Source: an uncultured Candidatus Binatia bacterium | Lineage (GTDB): Bacteria; Desulfobacterota; Binatia; UBA9968; JAJDTQ01 | DNA: 64,000 bases | Direction: 5' to 3' | Assembly: GCA_965204205.1 (NCBI GenBank) | Contig: OZ241976.1 | Span: forward strand, 2,343,333-2,407,332 | Shown: positions 18,828 through 29,166 of the stretch, in pieces | Numbering within the stretch: position 1 is the stretch's first letter | Layout of the letters: every line of letters begins with the position of its first letter | Program-made: the position numbers and the translations under genes | Notes under the pieces: generated by a model | Database searches by the model: none | What the model was told of the DNA's origin: nothing | Seen by the model: the letters and a program-made list of their open reading frames with translations, nothing else

Positions 18828-19424
18828 TCAGGGCTTGGAACCGCCGTAGAGGGAAAGTCCGGAGCTTTTCTGATGGCAGGACACGTCCCCGAAGCCGGCG
18901 TTCCGGAACCAGCCGAGCTGGTCGTCCATCGATGCCGAGCCGCGGTCGAGGTTGAAGAAGCGGCCGCCGGAGCGCACGCGTCCGAAGATCTCCTCGTAGA
19001 CCGCCTGGATGGTGTCCCCCACCCGAACGTTGTGGATCGCGTTGCAGGAAACCACGAGATCGAACTCGCCGTCCGCCACCTGGCTCCAGTTCTTCTTGCT
19101 GAAGTCCGAGATCACGTACTCGAACCGACCTTCCAGCTCGTTCATGCGTTCGCCGCCCAGCTTGGCCATGGCCGCCGAGCCGTCGTGGCACACCGCGGTG
19201 GACCCGGGGAAGGTCTCCAGGAGGAACTTGCTGAGCGCCCCGTAGCCGCAACCCACATCCATGAAACGGAAGGCCGCCTCGCGGTCGAAAGGCACGAGGC
19301 TTGCCAGCAACGCGAACTGCTTGGCTCGAAGCGTCTCGTTGCGCATTTGGCGTTGCGCCCAATCCTCCACGTATTCCTCGGAGTTCCAATCGTGTTGACG
19401 CAACGGGTCGGTGATCTGTGCCAT
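18828..19424 (-). CDS. Class I SAM-dependent methyltransferase
   Basis: Motif I VGCGYGALS, motif post-I acidic residue, and small size (198 aa from MAQITDPLR). Confidence 0.75.
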   Translation of the reverse strand: MAQITDPLRQHDWNSEEYVEDWAQRQMRNETLRAKQFALLASLVPFDREAAFRFMDVGCGYGALSKFLLETFPGSTAVCHDGSAAMAKLGGERMNELEGRFEYVISDFSKKNWSQVADGEFDLVVSCNAIHNVRVGDTIQAVYEEIFGRVRSGGRFFNLDRGSASMDDQLGWFRNAGFGDVSCHQKSSGLSLYGGSKP

Positions 19425-19686
19425 GTGTGCTTCTCGACCTCCTGTGGAGTGGCTGTGTCCTGATCCCTGTCCGGCGGCGGTGTCGGTGGTGAACGGGCGC
19501 GGACGCGCTGAAACCGGCCCTTGCACCTCGTGTCGGACACGGGCGGGATTGAGAACCCGTCCCTACAATTAGATGAAATAGGCGCGGATGTCCAGGTTGA
19601 CACCCGGCCACGGCGGACCTATACGGGCTATAGGCCACGGACCGCCGGTTTCCGCGCGACATCGGTCCCGGCCCGGAGGCGGATGC

Positions 19687-21135
19687 ATGACGAGCGAACC
19701 AAGGGACGTCGAAGCGGCCCTGAACCTGCGGACCTTCATCGAGCGGCTCAAGCAGACGGGGAAGCTCAAGGAGGTACGGAACGCCCACTGGGACCTGGAG
19801 ATCGGCGCGCTCACCGAGATCGGCGCGGAGTCCGAAGGACGCCCGGCGCTGCTGTTCGACGCCATTCCGGACCACCCCGAGGGCTACCGCGTCCTCAGCA
19901 ACGTTCTCAGGTCCCCCGAGTCCGACGCCCTGGCCCTGGGCATGTCGCCGGACGTCCGCGGTCTCGACGTGGTCCGGGCCGTCAAGAGCCGGCTCCAGGA
20001 CCTGAAACCCATTCCCCCGGCGGAGATCGGCGAATCGCCGCTGCTGGAGAACGTCGCCTTCGACGGCGATGTCAACGTGCTCAAGTTCCCCACTCCCAAG
20101 TGGCACGCGGACGACGGCGGCCGCTACATCGGCACCTTCACCGCCACGGTCTGCCGCGATCCCGACACCGGCTACGTCAACGTCGGCACCTACCGCGTCC
20201 AGGTCCACAACGAAAACACCCTGGGCGTGTGGATGATCGCCGGAAAACACGGCGACCTCATCACCCGGAAATACTGGGCGCGGGGGGAAGCGTGTCCCGT
20301 GGCCATCATCTGCGGCCTCCCCCCGGGAATGATGACCGCGAGCGCGGTGGGCATCCCCTGGAACATGAGCGAGTACGACTTCCTGGGCGGAATGCTGCAG
20401 ACCCCGGTACCGGTCATCAAGGGACAGAAGACCGGGCTGCCGGTACCTGCGTTCGCGGACATCGTCCTCGAAGGGTCCATTCCGCCCCCGGAGCAGGAGA
20501 CCCACGAGGAGGGGCCTTTCGGCGAGTGGCCCGGATACTATGCGTCCGGGTCGCGGCAGGCTCCAGTGGTCAAGGTGGAAGCCGTCTATCACCGTAACGA
20601 CCCCATCATCACCGGCGACCCGCCGCTCAGGACCTTCCTCAACAGCGAGACCCACAAGTACATCCGCTCCGCCAACATCTGGTCGGCGATGGAGCGCGCG
20701 GGCATTCCCGAGGTGACCGGGGTGTGGTTCCCGGGTCAGGGGCGCTTCATGGTGACCGTCGCCGTCAGGCAGCGCTACTCGGGCCACGCCAAGCAGGCCG
20801 GTTACGGCGTCCTCGCCACCCGCGACGGCGGCCGGGACGTGCGCATGGTCATCGTGGTGGACGAGGACGTGGACATCACCAACACCGCCGAGCTGCTCTG
20901 GGCCATGTCCACCCGCTGGGACCCCAGGGCCGACTCCGAGATCCTCGACGTGGCCGCGAGCATCCTGAACCCGCGGCTTTCGCCGGAAGACAAGCAGCGC
21001 CGGGAGCTGACCACCTCGTGCATGGTGGTGGACGCGTGCCGGCCCTACAGTTGGAAGGACGCCTTCCCGAAGATCTCCGGCACCAGCGCGGAGTACAAAG
21101 CCGAGATCCTCGCTAAGTGGGGGGACCGGTTGTGA
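19687..21135 (+). CDS. UbiD-family (prFMN-dependent) aromatic acid decarboxylase
   Basis: About 480 aa with conserved UbiD middle-domain motifs (RY.G...G..G; GPFGEW.GYY). Start at MTSEPRD. Confidence 0.85.
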   Translation: MTSEPRDVEAALNLRTFIERLKQTGKLKEVRNAHWDLEIGALTEIGAESEGRPALLFDAIPDHPEGYRVLSNVLRSPESDALALGMSPDVRGLDVVRAVKSRLQDLKPIPPAEIGESPLLENVAFDGDVNVLKFPTPKWHADDGGRYIGTFTATVCRDPDTGYVNVGTYRVQVHNENTLGVWMIAGKHGDLITRKYWARGEACPVAIICGLPPGMMTASAVGIPWNMSEYDFLGGMLQTPVPVIKGQKTGLPVPAFADIVLEGSIPPPEQETHEEGPFGEWPGYYASGSRQAPVVKVEAVYHRNDPIITGDPPLRTFLNSETHKYIRSANIWSAMERAGIPEVTGVWFPGQGRFMVTVAVRQRYSGHAKQAGYGVLATRDGGRDVRMVIVVDEDVDITNTAELLWAMSTRWDPRADSEILDVAASILNPRLSPEDKQRRELTTSCMVVDACRPYSWKDAFPKISGTSAEYKAEILAKWGDRL

Positions 21136-21235
21136 CCCGGGCGGTCGGCGCCCACGCCCGGTCTCCCCGCAGGGAGACACGCCCATGAGATGCCCGTTAC
21201 GATTCGCGGCGGCGTAGGGGGTCGGAGGAAACCGC

Positions 21236-21964
21236 ATGGAAAACACGGACGTGCGGCTGAACGGCGTCGAAGGCGTATGGAAAGAGCTGGTGGATCTCGT
21301 CAACCGGCAGTTCGAGACCCAGCCCTTCCGGCGGCTGCTTGGGTTGAAGTTCTCCCAGGCGCGCGCCCAGGCCCTGTCCATCCAGATGAAGCACTACGTG
21401 GGCAACCGGCGGGACTGCTGGGCGTTCGTGGCCGGTGCGGCGCCTCTGAGCGTCAAGCGGCTCATCTGGGAGCACGAGGGCGAGGAGCTCATGGGCGACA
21501 AGGCCGCGGGCAAGGTGGACCATATCACCCTGGCGGTGCAGGAGGGAAAGATCTTCGGGCTCTCCCCCGAGGACTACGAGCGCGTGCGCCCGCTCGACGC
21601 GGCGGTGGCATGCTTCTATGCCTGGATCCATCTGGCCAAGGACCGCCCCTGGCGCGAGGCGATTGCGGCCTCGGCGGTGCTGGAGATGCGCAACTCCGAC
21701 GACTTGGTGCGCGGCGGTTCGCTCTCCTACCGCGTGGGCAAGAACCTTGAACGCGACCTGGGGATCCCGCTGAAACGGCAGATCAACAACGCCGAGCACG
21801 TCACCGCCGACGTGGAGCACGGCCAGCTCCTGCTGGAGGTGGCGCGGGAACACTGCCGGACCGGGGAGGAGCAACAGGCGCTCTTGCGGGGAGCACGGGA
21901 GAGTCTCATGATCGACCGCGCCTACCGCGAGCAGCTCGCCAACATGATGGAGGCGCTCGACTGA
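21236..21964 (+). CDS. TenA/PqqC-like haem-oxygenase-fold protein (iron-containing redox enzyme family), paralog 1
   Basis: 242 aa all-helical protein. H/E/D pattern and overall similarity to TenA_E/PqqC-like proteins. GGAGGA RBS upstream. Confidence 0.6.
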   Translation: MENTDVRLNGVEGVWKELVDLVNRQFETQPFRRLLGLKFSQARAQALSIQMKHYVGNRRDCWAFVAGAAPLSVKRLIWEHEGEELMGDKAAGKVDHITLAVQEGKIFGLSPEDYERVRPLDAAVACFYAWIHLAKDRPWREAIAASAVLEMRNSDDLVRGGSLSYRVGKNLERDLGIPLKRQINNAEHVTADVEHGQLLLEVAREHCRTGEEQQALLRGARESLMIDRAYREQLANMMEALD

Positions 21965-22045
21965 GTCGCCGTTACGGCGGCCGGCGCCGTAGAAGGCGCC
22001 GTGAGACGCGGAACCGGCCGCTGAGCCCGACAGGAGTCCGTTGAC

Positions 22046-22753
22046 ATGCCCGATATCGCCAAGCTCAAGAGCACGCTGAACGAGATGTGCAACCGCCAAT
22101 ACGGCACCGACGAGTTCCAGGACCTGCTGACGCTGCCCTGGACCATGGAGCGGGGGCGCTACTACGTGGTGCAGAACGCCCTCTACACCCGGAACCGGCG
22201 GGATTGCTGGGGCTACGTGCAGGCCGCCGCGCCGCTGGACGTCAAGGCGCTGGTGTGGCAGCACGAGAGCGACGAGCTGATAAACGACCCGCGGGCCGGC
22301 ATGGACCACTACTCGCTCACGGTCAAGCAGGGGGAGGTCATCGGCCTCGATCGCGAGGACTTCGAGAGGGCCGAGCTGCCGCCCATGGCGCAGGCGGCGT
22401 TCCTGGCCTGGCACCACATCGCCATCAAGGGCCCGTGGCTTGCGTCGTTCACCTCCTCGCAGATGCTGGAGCGGCGCAACAACCCGGACATCGTGAAGAA
22501 CGGCGGCATGTCCTACCGCATCGGCAAGAAGTTCGAGAACGAGCTCGGCATCAGCCTCAAGCGGATGATCTCGCTGAACGTGCACTCCACCGCCGACACC
22601 GAGCACTCCGACATGATGGACGGCGTGTACGACAAGCACGTGCTCACCCGGGAAGACTACGACACGGTGCTCCGGGCAGCCACGCAGTGCATGGCCATCG
22701 ACCGCGCCTATCGCGGCGGACTGGCCTACGCCATGCGGCGCATCGAGGGCTAG
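22046..22753 (+). CDS. TenA/PqqC-like haem-oxygenase-fold protein, paralog 2
   Basis: Tandem paralog of 21236..21964 with shared motifs (NRRDCW, AAPL.VK.L.W.HE.EEL, SYR.GK..E.ELGI.LKR). CAGGAG RBS upstream. Confidence 0.6.
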   Translation: MPDIAKLKSTLNEMCNRQYGTDEFQDLLTLPWTMERGRYYVVQNALYTRNRRDCWGYVQAAAPLDVKALVWQHESDELINDPRAGMDHYSLTVKQGEVIGLDREDFERAELPPMAQAAFLAWHHIAIKGPWLASFTSSQMLERRNNPDIVKNGGMSYRIGKKFENELGISLKRMISLNVHSTADTEHSDMMDGVYDKHVLTREDYDTVLRAATQCMAIDRAYRGGLAYAMRRIEG

Positions 22754-22780
22754 CGGCAACCAACGCGTGGACGCCATTTT

Positions 22781-22803
22781 GGGGGCGACCCGCGGTCGCC
22801 CCC
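22781..22803. repeat. REP-like palindrome GGGGGCGACCCGCGGTCGCCCCC
   Basis: Same family, immediately 3' of the paralog 2 stop. Confidence 0.5.
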
Positions 22804-22842
22804 GACGGAGAAAGGCACCAAGGGCCACGTAGGGAGACGACC

Positions 22843-23880
22843 ATGAACCTCGACGAACTCAACAGGGACCTGGCCACCAAGCAGTTGGCGGGTTTCTGGG
22901 CTTCCAACATCACCGACAACGACGGCGAGGTGCTGGAGCCCCGGACCACCGTGGTCCCCTACCTGTGGAAGTGGCACGACATCCACGACGGGCTCTTGCA
23001 GGCCGGCGAGCTGGTGAGCCTGGAGCAGTCGGAGCGCCGCACCATCCGGCTCCTCAATCCCGGCGTGCCCGGCACCACCGGGGCCACCAACACGGTGCAC
23101 ACCTCCATCCAGCTCGTGAAGCCCGGCGAGATCGCCAAGGCCCACCGCCATACCCTGACCGCGCTGCGCTTCGTGCTCCGGGGCGGCGGCGCCTTCACCA
23201 CGGTAGAGGGCGAGCGTTTCACCATGCACCCCGGCGACCTGATCCTGACGCCGCAGTGGACCTGGCACGACCACTACAACGGCACCGGCGAGAACATCGT
23301 CTGGCTGGACGGCCATGACGGCCCCCTGCTCAAGGCCCTGGAGGTGATGGCGGTGGAGCCCTTCGGCGAGAAGCAGCAGCCGGTGGAGGCGATGCCGGAC
23401 TTCAGCCTGCACCAGTTCGGCTGGGCGCGGCCGCCCGAGCAGCTCTCGGAATTCCCGGACCCGCCCTTCCGCTACCCGTGGGAGACCACCTACGAATCGC
23501 TGAAGGCGCTGGCGTCGACCCCGGGCGACGAGTGCGACGGCGTGCTGCTGCGCTACGTCAACCCCCGGAACGGGGGCTTCACGCTGCGCACCATCGGCTG
23601 CGAGATCCAGATGATCCGGCCCGACGAGAAGACGCGCTCGCATCGCCACACCAGCACCACCATCTATCACGCGTTCCGGGGCAGCGGCGCCACCGTCGTC
23701 AACGGCCAGCGCATCGAATGGAGCCAGGGCGACTTCTTCACCGTGCCGCTGTGGTCCTGGCACCAGCACGAAAACGGCAGCAAGGACGAAGCCATCCTGT
23801 TCTCGGTCAACGACCGCCCGGTGAAGGAGGCCTTCGGGCTCTACCGGGAAGAAAGGCGCCAAGCGCAGTCTGACCGGTAG
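22843..23880 (+). CDS. Gentisate 1,2-dioxygenase (bicupin)
   Basis: Two cupin modules each with an HRH...H...G motif (AHRHTLTALRF; SHRHTSTTIYH). 345 aa. AGGGAG RBS. Confidence 0.85.
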   Translation: MNLDELNRDLATKQLAGFWASNITDNDGEVLEPRTTVVPYLWKWHDIHDGLLQAGELVSLEQSERRTIRLLNPGVPGTTGATNTVHTSIQLVKPGEIAKAHRHTLTALRFVLRGGGAFTTVEGERFTMHPGDLILTPQWTWHDHYNGTGENIVWLDGHDGPLLKALEVMAVEPFGEKQQPVEAMPDFSLHQFGWARPPEQLSEFPDPPFRYPWETTYESLKALASTPGDECDGVLLRYVNPRNGGFTLRTIGCEIQMIRPDEKTRSHRHTSTTIYHAFRGSGATVVNGQRIEWSQGDFFTVPLWSWHQHENGSKDEAILFSVNDRPVKEAFGLYREERRQAQSDR

Positions 23881-23897
23881 AGTCGTGGCGAGGGCAA

Positions 23898-23919
23898 GGG
23901 CGACCGGCCGGTCGCCCCT
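23898..23919. repeat. REP-like palindrome AGGGCGACCGGCCGGTCGCCCCT
   Basis: Same family. First of two copies between the GDO stop and the next gene. Confidence 0.5.
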
Positions 23920-23958
23920 ACGAGTTCCCGTCCGCAATGCGGACCCCGGAGCGAAGGT

Positions 23959-23980
23959 AGGGGCGACCGGCGGTCGCCCT
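23959..23980. repeat. REP-like palindrome AGGGGCGACCGGCGGTCGCCCT
   Basis: Same family, 40 bp from the previous copy. Confidence 0.5.
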
Positions 23981-24048
23981 TGCGGGGTTCCGCCGCAACG
24001 CAAGGTCCCGGAGATCAGGCCCGTAACCCGCAGTAAGGAGCATTCACC

Positions 24049-25164
24049 ATGAGCAAGCCCGCAACCGTCGACACAGCCAACGGAACGGAACGAAACCTGA
24101 ACGAGGCTTCGGCCTTCGCCCCCATCAGCCCCTACGAGATCTACCAGCAGTGGGAGGGAATCCCGGTCTACAAGGGGTTCATCATCGACGACCTGCTGGA
24201 GCTGGAGCTCGGAGAGTGGGCGCGCACCGGCGGCAAGGGCGCGTTCGTGAACCTGGACGGCGCCGGCGGCACCTGCGATACCGTGATTCAGGAGATCGCG
24301 CCAGGCGGGGAGCTGCGGCCGCAGCACCACCTCTTCGAGGAGGCGGTGTTCATCCTGTCCGGACAAGGCGCCACCACGCTGTGGAACGAGGGCGGCCGGA
24401 AGCACACGCTGGAATGGCAGAAGGGAAGCCTCTTCTCCATCCCGCTCAACACCTGGTTCCAGCATTTCAATGCCCAGGGGCGGGAGCCGGTGCGGATGAT
24501 CTCGCTCACCGATGCCACCGTGATCATCAACCGCTACCGGAACCTGGACTACGTCTTCAACAACCCCTTCACCTTCGGCGACCGCTACGCGGGTGACGCC
24601 AACGAATGGGGCAGGCCCGGGCGCTATCTCGAAGGGGTCAAGAAGGGCCGCGTGTGGGAGTCCAACTTCATCGCGGACCTGTGGCAGTTCCAGCCGAAGG
24701 ACTACAAGGAGCGCGGCGGCGGCAACCGCACCACCCTGTTCGAGTTCGTCGACAACACCATGAGCGCCCACCTCTCGGAGTTCCCGGTGGGCAAGTACAA
24801 GAAGGCCCACCGCCACGGCGCCGGGGCGCACATCATCATGCTGACCGGTTCCGGATATTCATTCCTGTGGGAGGAAGGCGCGCCCAGGAAGCGCGTGGAG
24901 TGGGGCCGCATGAGCATGTTCGTGCCGCCCATCCAGTGGTGGCACCAGCACTTCAACAACGGCGCCGAGCCCGCTCGCTACCTGGCGCTCAAGCCCTGGG
25001 GCTTCAAGTACAAGGTGGAGGAGCTGAAGGACACCGGCGAGGACGTCAAGAAGGGCGGCGCGCAGATCGAGTACCAGGACCAGGACCCCGAGATCCACCG
25101 GGTGTTCGAGGAGGAGTGCCGGAAGAGCGGCGCCGAAGTCGACATGGCGCAGTTCGGTTTCTGA
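24049..25164 (+). CDS. Bicupin dioxygenase-like protein (divergent gentisate/1-hydroxy-2-naphthoate dioxygenase-like)
   Basis: 371 aa, two cupin modules with His-rich motifs (QHHLFEE; AHRHGAGAH). AAGGAG RBS. Confidence 0.7.
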   Translation: MSKPATVDTANGTERNLNEASAFAPISPYEIYQQWEGIPVYKGFIIDDLLELELGEWARTGGKGAFVNLDGAGGTCDTVIQEIAPGGELRPQHHLFEEAVFILSGQGATTLWNEGGRKHTLEWQKGSLFSIPLNTWFQHFNAQGREPVRMISLTDATVIINRYRNLDYVFNNPFTFGDRYAGDANEWGRPGRYLEGVKKGRVWESNFIADLWQFQPKDYKERGGGNRTTLFEFVDNTMSAHLSEFPVGKYKKAHRHGAGAHIIMLTGSGYSFLWEEGAPRKRVEWGRMSMFVPPIQWWHQHFNNGAEPARYLALKPWGFKYKVEELKDTGEDVKKGGAQIEYQDQDPEIHRVFEEECRKSGAEVDMAQFGF

Positions 25165-25192
25165 GCGGCGTCTCTTCCCCGCTCCGTTCGCC

Positions 25193-27016
25193 TCACGCTT
25201 CCGCCCTTTCTCCGGCGAGCCGGCGCCGGAGAGCGTCGGTGGCCTCGGGGTTCACTTGGCGAGTCCCGGGGTCCAGCACCACGCCGTAGATGTCCCGGGC
25301 CGCGTCCTCGGAAACCACGCCGTCCTCCACGTCCGCCTGCACCAGGCCCGGCTCCCGCGCCAGCGGATCGCCGTAGCCGCCTCCGCTGGCCACCCGCATG
25401 TAGAGGACGTCCCCCTCGTTGAAGTCAAAGTTGCAATACGGCAACACGCGCTCCTGCCCGCCGACGTCGTCAAGGTTCACCGCGTTCCGGTCGCCGGCCA
25501 TCAGCTCACGCACCCGCGTGCTTCCCCTCAGCACGATGACGCTGGGCGCGCCGGGATAGCCGCCGTACATGCCGTGGCCGGAGTTCCGGAGCCCGGCCAC
25601 GCCATAAGCCACGCCGCCCAACCTTCCCTCGGGTGCGTCGTGCGGCGTGTGGGCCGTCTCCACGGCGAGCCCGCCGCGGAACCTGCCGGGGCCCGCGGAG
25701 TCCGTCGCGTGGCGGCGGAACAGGTAGAGCACCGGGAAGTTGAGCTCGAACCACTCGGCGTTGGGACAGCTCATGTAGGTGCCGCCGGAGTCGATGCCGT
25801 CGCGGTAGGCGCGGGCGCCGTTGCCGTCCATGGCGCCGTGGGCGAGGTTGAACACGCAATAGCGCCCGAACTGGTTCACTCCCGAGTGCTTGCCGTTGCG
25901 GTGGCTGGCGTTGGGCGTCACGATCTCGTCCTTCCAGCGCTCGTGGGTGCCCAGCATCTGCATCAGCACCGAGCTGGCCAAAAACCCGATGCCGAAGCCG
26001 CACGAGGTGGTGTTCATCGACACCGGACCGGGGTACCTGACGTTCACCAGCGTCCCCTCGGGAGCGATGATCTCCAGCGGCCGCAGCACGCCGTGGTTCT
26101 TGGGCAGATCGTACACCAGGGTGGTGAGGATTGCGGCAAAGCAGAACCCGGCGGTGCCGTGGAACGGCAGGTTGACGCCGGTCGCCGCCTGGGGGTCGGT
26201 GCCGGTGAAGTCGAAAACGAGGCGGTCGCCGCGCTTCCGCAGCTCCACCCTCATGCGCCAGGTATCCTGGGCCTCCAGCGCCAGCTCCTCGGTCCACTCG
26301 CCGTCCTCGAACGAGGCGATCCGCTCCCGGAGGATGGCCTCGGTGTAGCGGATCATCTCGTTGCCCACCGACTCCAGCAATTCCGGGCCGTAGTGGTCGT
26401 ACATCTCACCAAGGCGCGCCTTGGCCACGTTGTTGGCGGCAATCTCGCACTTGAAATCCAGTCCCACCATGCCGGGCTGGCGGGTCATGTTGGTCAAGGT
26501 TTCGAACACGTCCTGGCGCAGCGTGCCCCGCTCCACCAGCTTGACCCCGGGAACCCGCAGCCCCTCGTGGAAGATCTCGGTGGCGTCGGGGGAGTCTCCC
26601 CCGGGCGACTGGGCGCCGACGTCATTCACGTGGACGAAGGTGGCGCTCCAGGCCACCAGCCGGCCGCGGTGGTGGATCGGCGCGATGACGTAGACGTCGG
26701 ATTGATGGATGGCGGCCAGGTAGGGATCGTTCAGCAGGAAGACGTCGTCCTCGAAAACCTCCTCCGGCGGAAACCGCTCGATGATGCGCTTGACCGCGCA
26801 ACTGGCGCAGGCCACGTGCTGTCCCAGCGTGGCGCCGGCGCAGAGGATCTCGCCGTCCGGGCGGTAGAGGGACGCCATGTAATCCCGCTGCTGCGTGGTG
26901 TTGACGGTGCCGCCGGTGCGCTCCAGGGTGATGCCCATCTCGCGGGTCACCTGGTGCAGCCGGTGCGACAGGATCTCGAAGGTCACGGGATCGACGCCGC
27001 GGATTCGCGTGTCCAT
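25193..27016 (-). CDS. hyuB: Hydantoinase B/oxoprolinase-family protein (HyuB)
   Basis: 607 aa with characteristic HyuB conserved blocks. Directly downstream of hyuA on the same strand. Confidence 0.85.
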   Translation of the reverse strand: MDTRIRGVDPVTFEILSHRLHQVTREMGITLERTGGTVNTTQQRDYMASLYRPDGEILCAGATLGQHVACASCAVKRIIERFPPEEVFEDDVFLLNDPYLAAIHQSDVYVIAPIHHRGRLVAWSATFVHVNDVGAQSPGGDSPDATEIFHEGLRVPGVKLVERGTLRQDVFETLTNMTRQPGMVGLDFKCEIAANNVAKARLGEMYDHYGPELLESVGNEMIRYTEAILRERIASFEDGEWTEELALEAQDTWRMRVELRKRGDRLVFDFTGTDPQAATGVNLPFHGTAGFCFAAILTTLVYDLPKNHGVLRPLEIIAPEGTLVNVRYPGPVSMNTTSCGFGIGFLASSVLMQMLGTHERWKDEIVTPNASHRNGKHSGVNQFGRYCVFNLAHGAMDGNGARAYRDGIDSGGTYMSCPNAEWFELNFPVLYLFRRHATDSAGPGRFRGGLAVETAHTPHDAPEGRLGGVAYGVAGLRNSGHGMYGGYPGAPSVIVLRGSTRVRELMAGDRNAVNLDDVGGQERVLPYCNFDFNEGDVLYMRVASGGGYGDPLAREPGLVQADVEDGVVSEDAARDIYGVVLDPGTRQVNPEATDALRRRLAGERAEA

Positions 27017-27028
27017 GGTATCCCCTTC

Positions 27029-29146
27029 TCAGTGCCCGATGAGCAGCCTCACGTTGCGGTACTCGTCCATGCACGCCCGGTCCCCGGGGTTGACCACGAT
27101 CGTGGTCACCGGCGTCTCGATGATGGCCGGGCCGGCAATCTCGTTCCCGGAACGCAAGAGCGCGAAGCCGTACACAGGGATCTCACGCGGCTCTTCGAAC
27201 TCCTCGAAGAGGACCTTCCTGCGTCCCTTGACCGCCGCCCCCGGGTCGCCCGTGGTCAACCGGTACCGCTGCAGCCGCGGCTTGTCCAGTGTCCCGGTGG
27301 CGGTAAGCCGGAAGTTCATGATCTCCTTGCCCGCGTCGCGGTAGCCGGAGCCGCGGCCGTAGGTTCGTTCATAAAGTTCGTCGAAACGTTCGTAGATGTG
27401 TGCAAGCTCCTGCTCGGACAACGCCGCGTCGCCCTCGGGCATACCGACGTTCAGCTCGTGCACCTGGTAACGATACCTCATATCGAGGCTTCGCTCGATG
27501 CCAACGCGCTCCTTCTCGAAACCGGCGGCGGCGAGGTCGGCGCGGGCGCGCCCCACCAGCTCCTCGAAGTTGCGGTTGACTCGCTCGCGTTCCGCCGGCA
27601 CCAGCAGCCGGTCCGACTTGCCGTACTGGTAGACGATGTCCGAGCTGACCAGGCCGGTGGCGCTGTGCACCGAGGCCGTCAGCGGCACCACCACCTGCCG
27701 GATGCCCAAGTCCGCCGCATAGCGGGCGGCGTGCACCGGCCCGGCGCCGCCGAACGCGAACAGGGTGAAATCCCGGGGGTCATGACCCCGCTCCACGGTG
27801 GCGCGGCGGATGAGGTCGCTCATATGCGCGTTGATGATGCGGAAAATACCGGCGGCAGCGGCCTCCACCGACAGTCCCAGGGGCTCCGCGACCCGTAGCT
27901 CGACAACGCGCCGGGCCGCTTCCGGGTCGAGGGACATGCGCCCGCCCAGGAAGTAATCCGGATTGAGGTAACCGAGCACGAGGTCGGCATCGGACACCGT
28001 GGGCTCGGTACCGCCCAAGCCGTAGCAGGCGGGGCCGGGTTGCGCCCCCGCGCCCTCCGGACCCACCTTCAGCAACCCTGTCTTGGGATCGGTCCAGGCG
28101 ATGCTGCCGCCACCGGCGCCGATGGACTCCACCCAGATCTTGGTGGAGTAGATCTGGTGGCGCAGCAGCACCGGCTTGTAGTCCATTTCGATGGCGCCGT
28201 CGCGGATCACGCTGACCTTGAAGGTCGTGCCGCCCATGTCCGTGGCCAGGATATCGGGGAGATCCATGAGGCTGCCCAGCCACGCGCTACCCGACACCCC
28301 GGCCGCGGGGCCGGACTCGATGGTGCCGATGGCGTTTCGGGCGGTGGCCTCAACCCCCAGCACGCCGCCGTAGGACTGCATGATCAGCGGCTCTCCGTCG
28401 AGTCCCCGCTCCCGCAGCCGGTCTCCCAGCCGCTTGACGTACGTGGAGACCCGCGGCCCGATGCTGGCGTTGAACACGGTGGTGGCGGTGCGCTCGTACT
28501 CCCCCAGGTAGGGCGCCACCTCGCTGGAAAGGCTGAGGAACACCTGCGGGTGTCTCTTGGCGACGATGTCTGCGATGGCCCGCTCGTGGCGATCATTGGC
28601 GACGGACCAGATGAGGCTCACCGCCAGGGCCTCCACGCCGCGGGATTCCAGCTCCGCCAGCGCCTTCTCGACCTGGGCGTGGTCCAGCCGCACCAGAACC
28701 GAGCCCTTGTAGTCCACCCGCTCGTCAACCTCCTGGATCAGAGGCCGTGGCACCATGGGAGCGGGCTTGTCGAGGGTAGCCAGGTGGAAGATCTCGGATT
28801 CGGGGATGCCGTCGGTGAAGCGCCCGCGCATGATCCGAAGGGTATCGGCGAACCCCTTGGTGGTGATCAGCCCGGTGACCGCTCCGGAGCCCGTGATGAG
28901 GGCATTGTCGCCGATGGTGCAGGCGTGGAAGAACAACCGGGTGGATGCGAGGAGCTCGGCTTCGTCCGCCAGGCCCAGACTCTCGGCCGCGTTCCGCACC
29001 GCGTTCAACGCCCCCACCGAGTAGTCCTCCGGAGTCGAGAGGGACTTGCCCACGGTCACCGTGCCCTGTTCGTCCATGGTGACGCAGTCGGTAAAGGTGC
29101 CGCCGATGTCCACGCCGACACGGAATCGGGTTCCCGAGTGACCCAT
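27029..29146 (-). CDS. hyuA: Hydantoinase A/oxoprolinase-family protein (HyuA)
   Basis: 705 aa from MGHSGTRFRVGVDIGGTFTDC, the typical HyuA N-terminal ATPase-fold motif. cat confirmed at 29144-29146. Confidence 0.85.
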   Translation of the reverse strand: MGHSGTRFRVGVDIGGTFTDCVTMDEQGTVTVGKSLSTPEDYSVGALNAVRNAAESLGLADEAELLASTRLFFHACTIGDNALITGSGAVTGLITTKGFADTLRIMRGRFTDGIPESEIFHLATLDKPAPMVPRPLIQEVDERVDYKGSVLVRLDHAQVEKALAELESRGVEALAVSLIWSVANDRHERAIADIVAKRHPQVFLSLSSEVAPYLGEYERTATTVFNASIGPRVSTYVKRLGDRLRERGLDGEPLIMQSYGGVLGVEATARNAIGTIESGPAAGVSGSAWLGSLMDLPDILATDMGGTTFKVSVIRDGAIEMDYKPVLLRHQIYSTKIWVESIGAGGGSIAWTDPKTGLLKVGPEGAGAQPGPACYGLGGTEPTVSDADLVLGYLNPDYFLGGRMSLDPEAARRVVELRVAEPLGLSVEAAAAGIFRIINAHMSDLIRRATVERGHDPRDFTLFAFGGAGPVHAARYAADLGIRQVVVPLTASVHSATGLVSSDIVYQYGKSDRLLVPAERERVNRNFEELVGRARADLAAAGFEKERVGIERSLDMRYRYQVHELNVGMPEGDAALSEQELAHIYERFDELYERTYGRGSGYRDAGKEIMNFRLTATGTLDKPRLQRYRLTTGDPGAAVKGRRKVLFEEFEEPREIPVYGFALLRSGNEIAGPAIIETPVTTIVVNPGDRACMDEYRNVRLLIGH

Positions 29147-29166
29147 GTTCCTGCGAGCTTGCCGTG

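Noticed and set aside
17629-21381. 1250-aa minus-strand ORF
   Set aside because: Only the C-terminal 390 aa (17629..18801) form a coherent MFS transporter. The remainder is antisense to the methyltransferase and UbiD genes, which have clear family signatures. This is a high-GC open-frame artefact.
22750-24831. 693-aa minus-strand ORF opposite gentisate dioxygenase and the second bicupin; similar long antisense ORFs at 25256..27898, 40067..41653, 42015..43913, 43856..45073 and 46100..48064
   Set aside because: Each overlaps a sense-strand gene with clear family motifs and a good RBS. These are treated as high-GC antisense artefacts.
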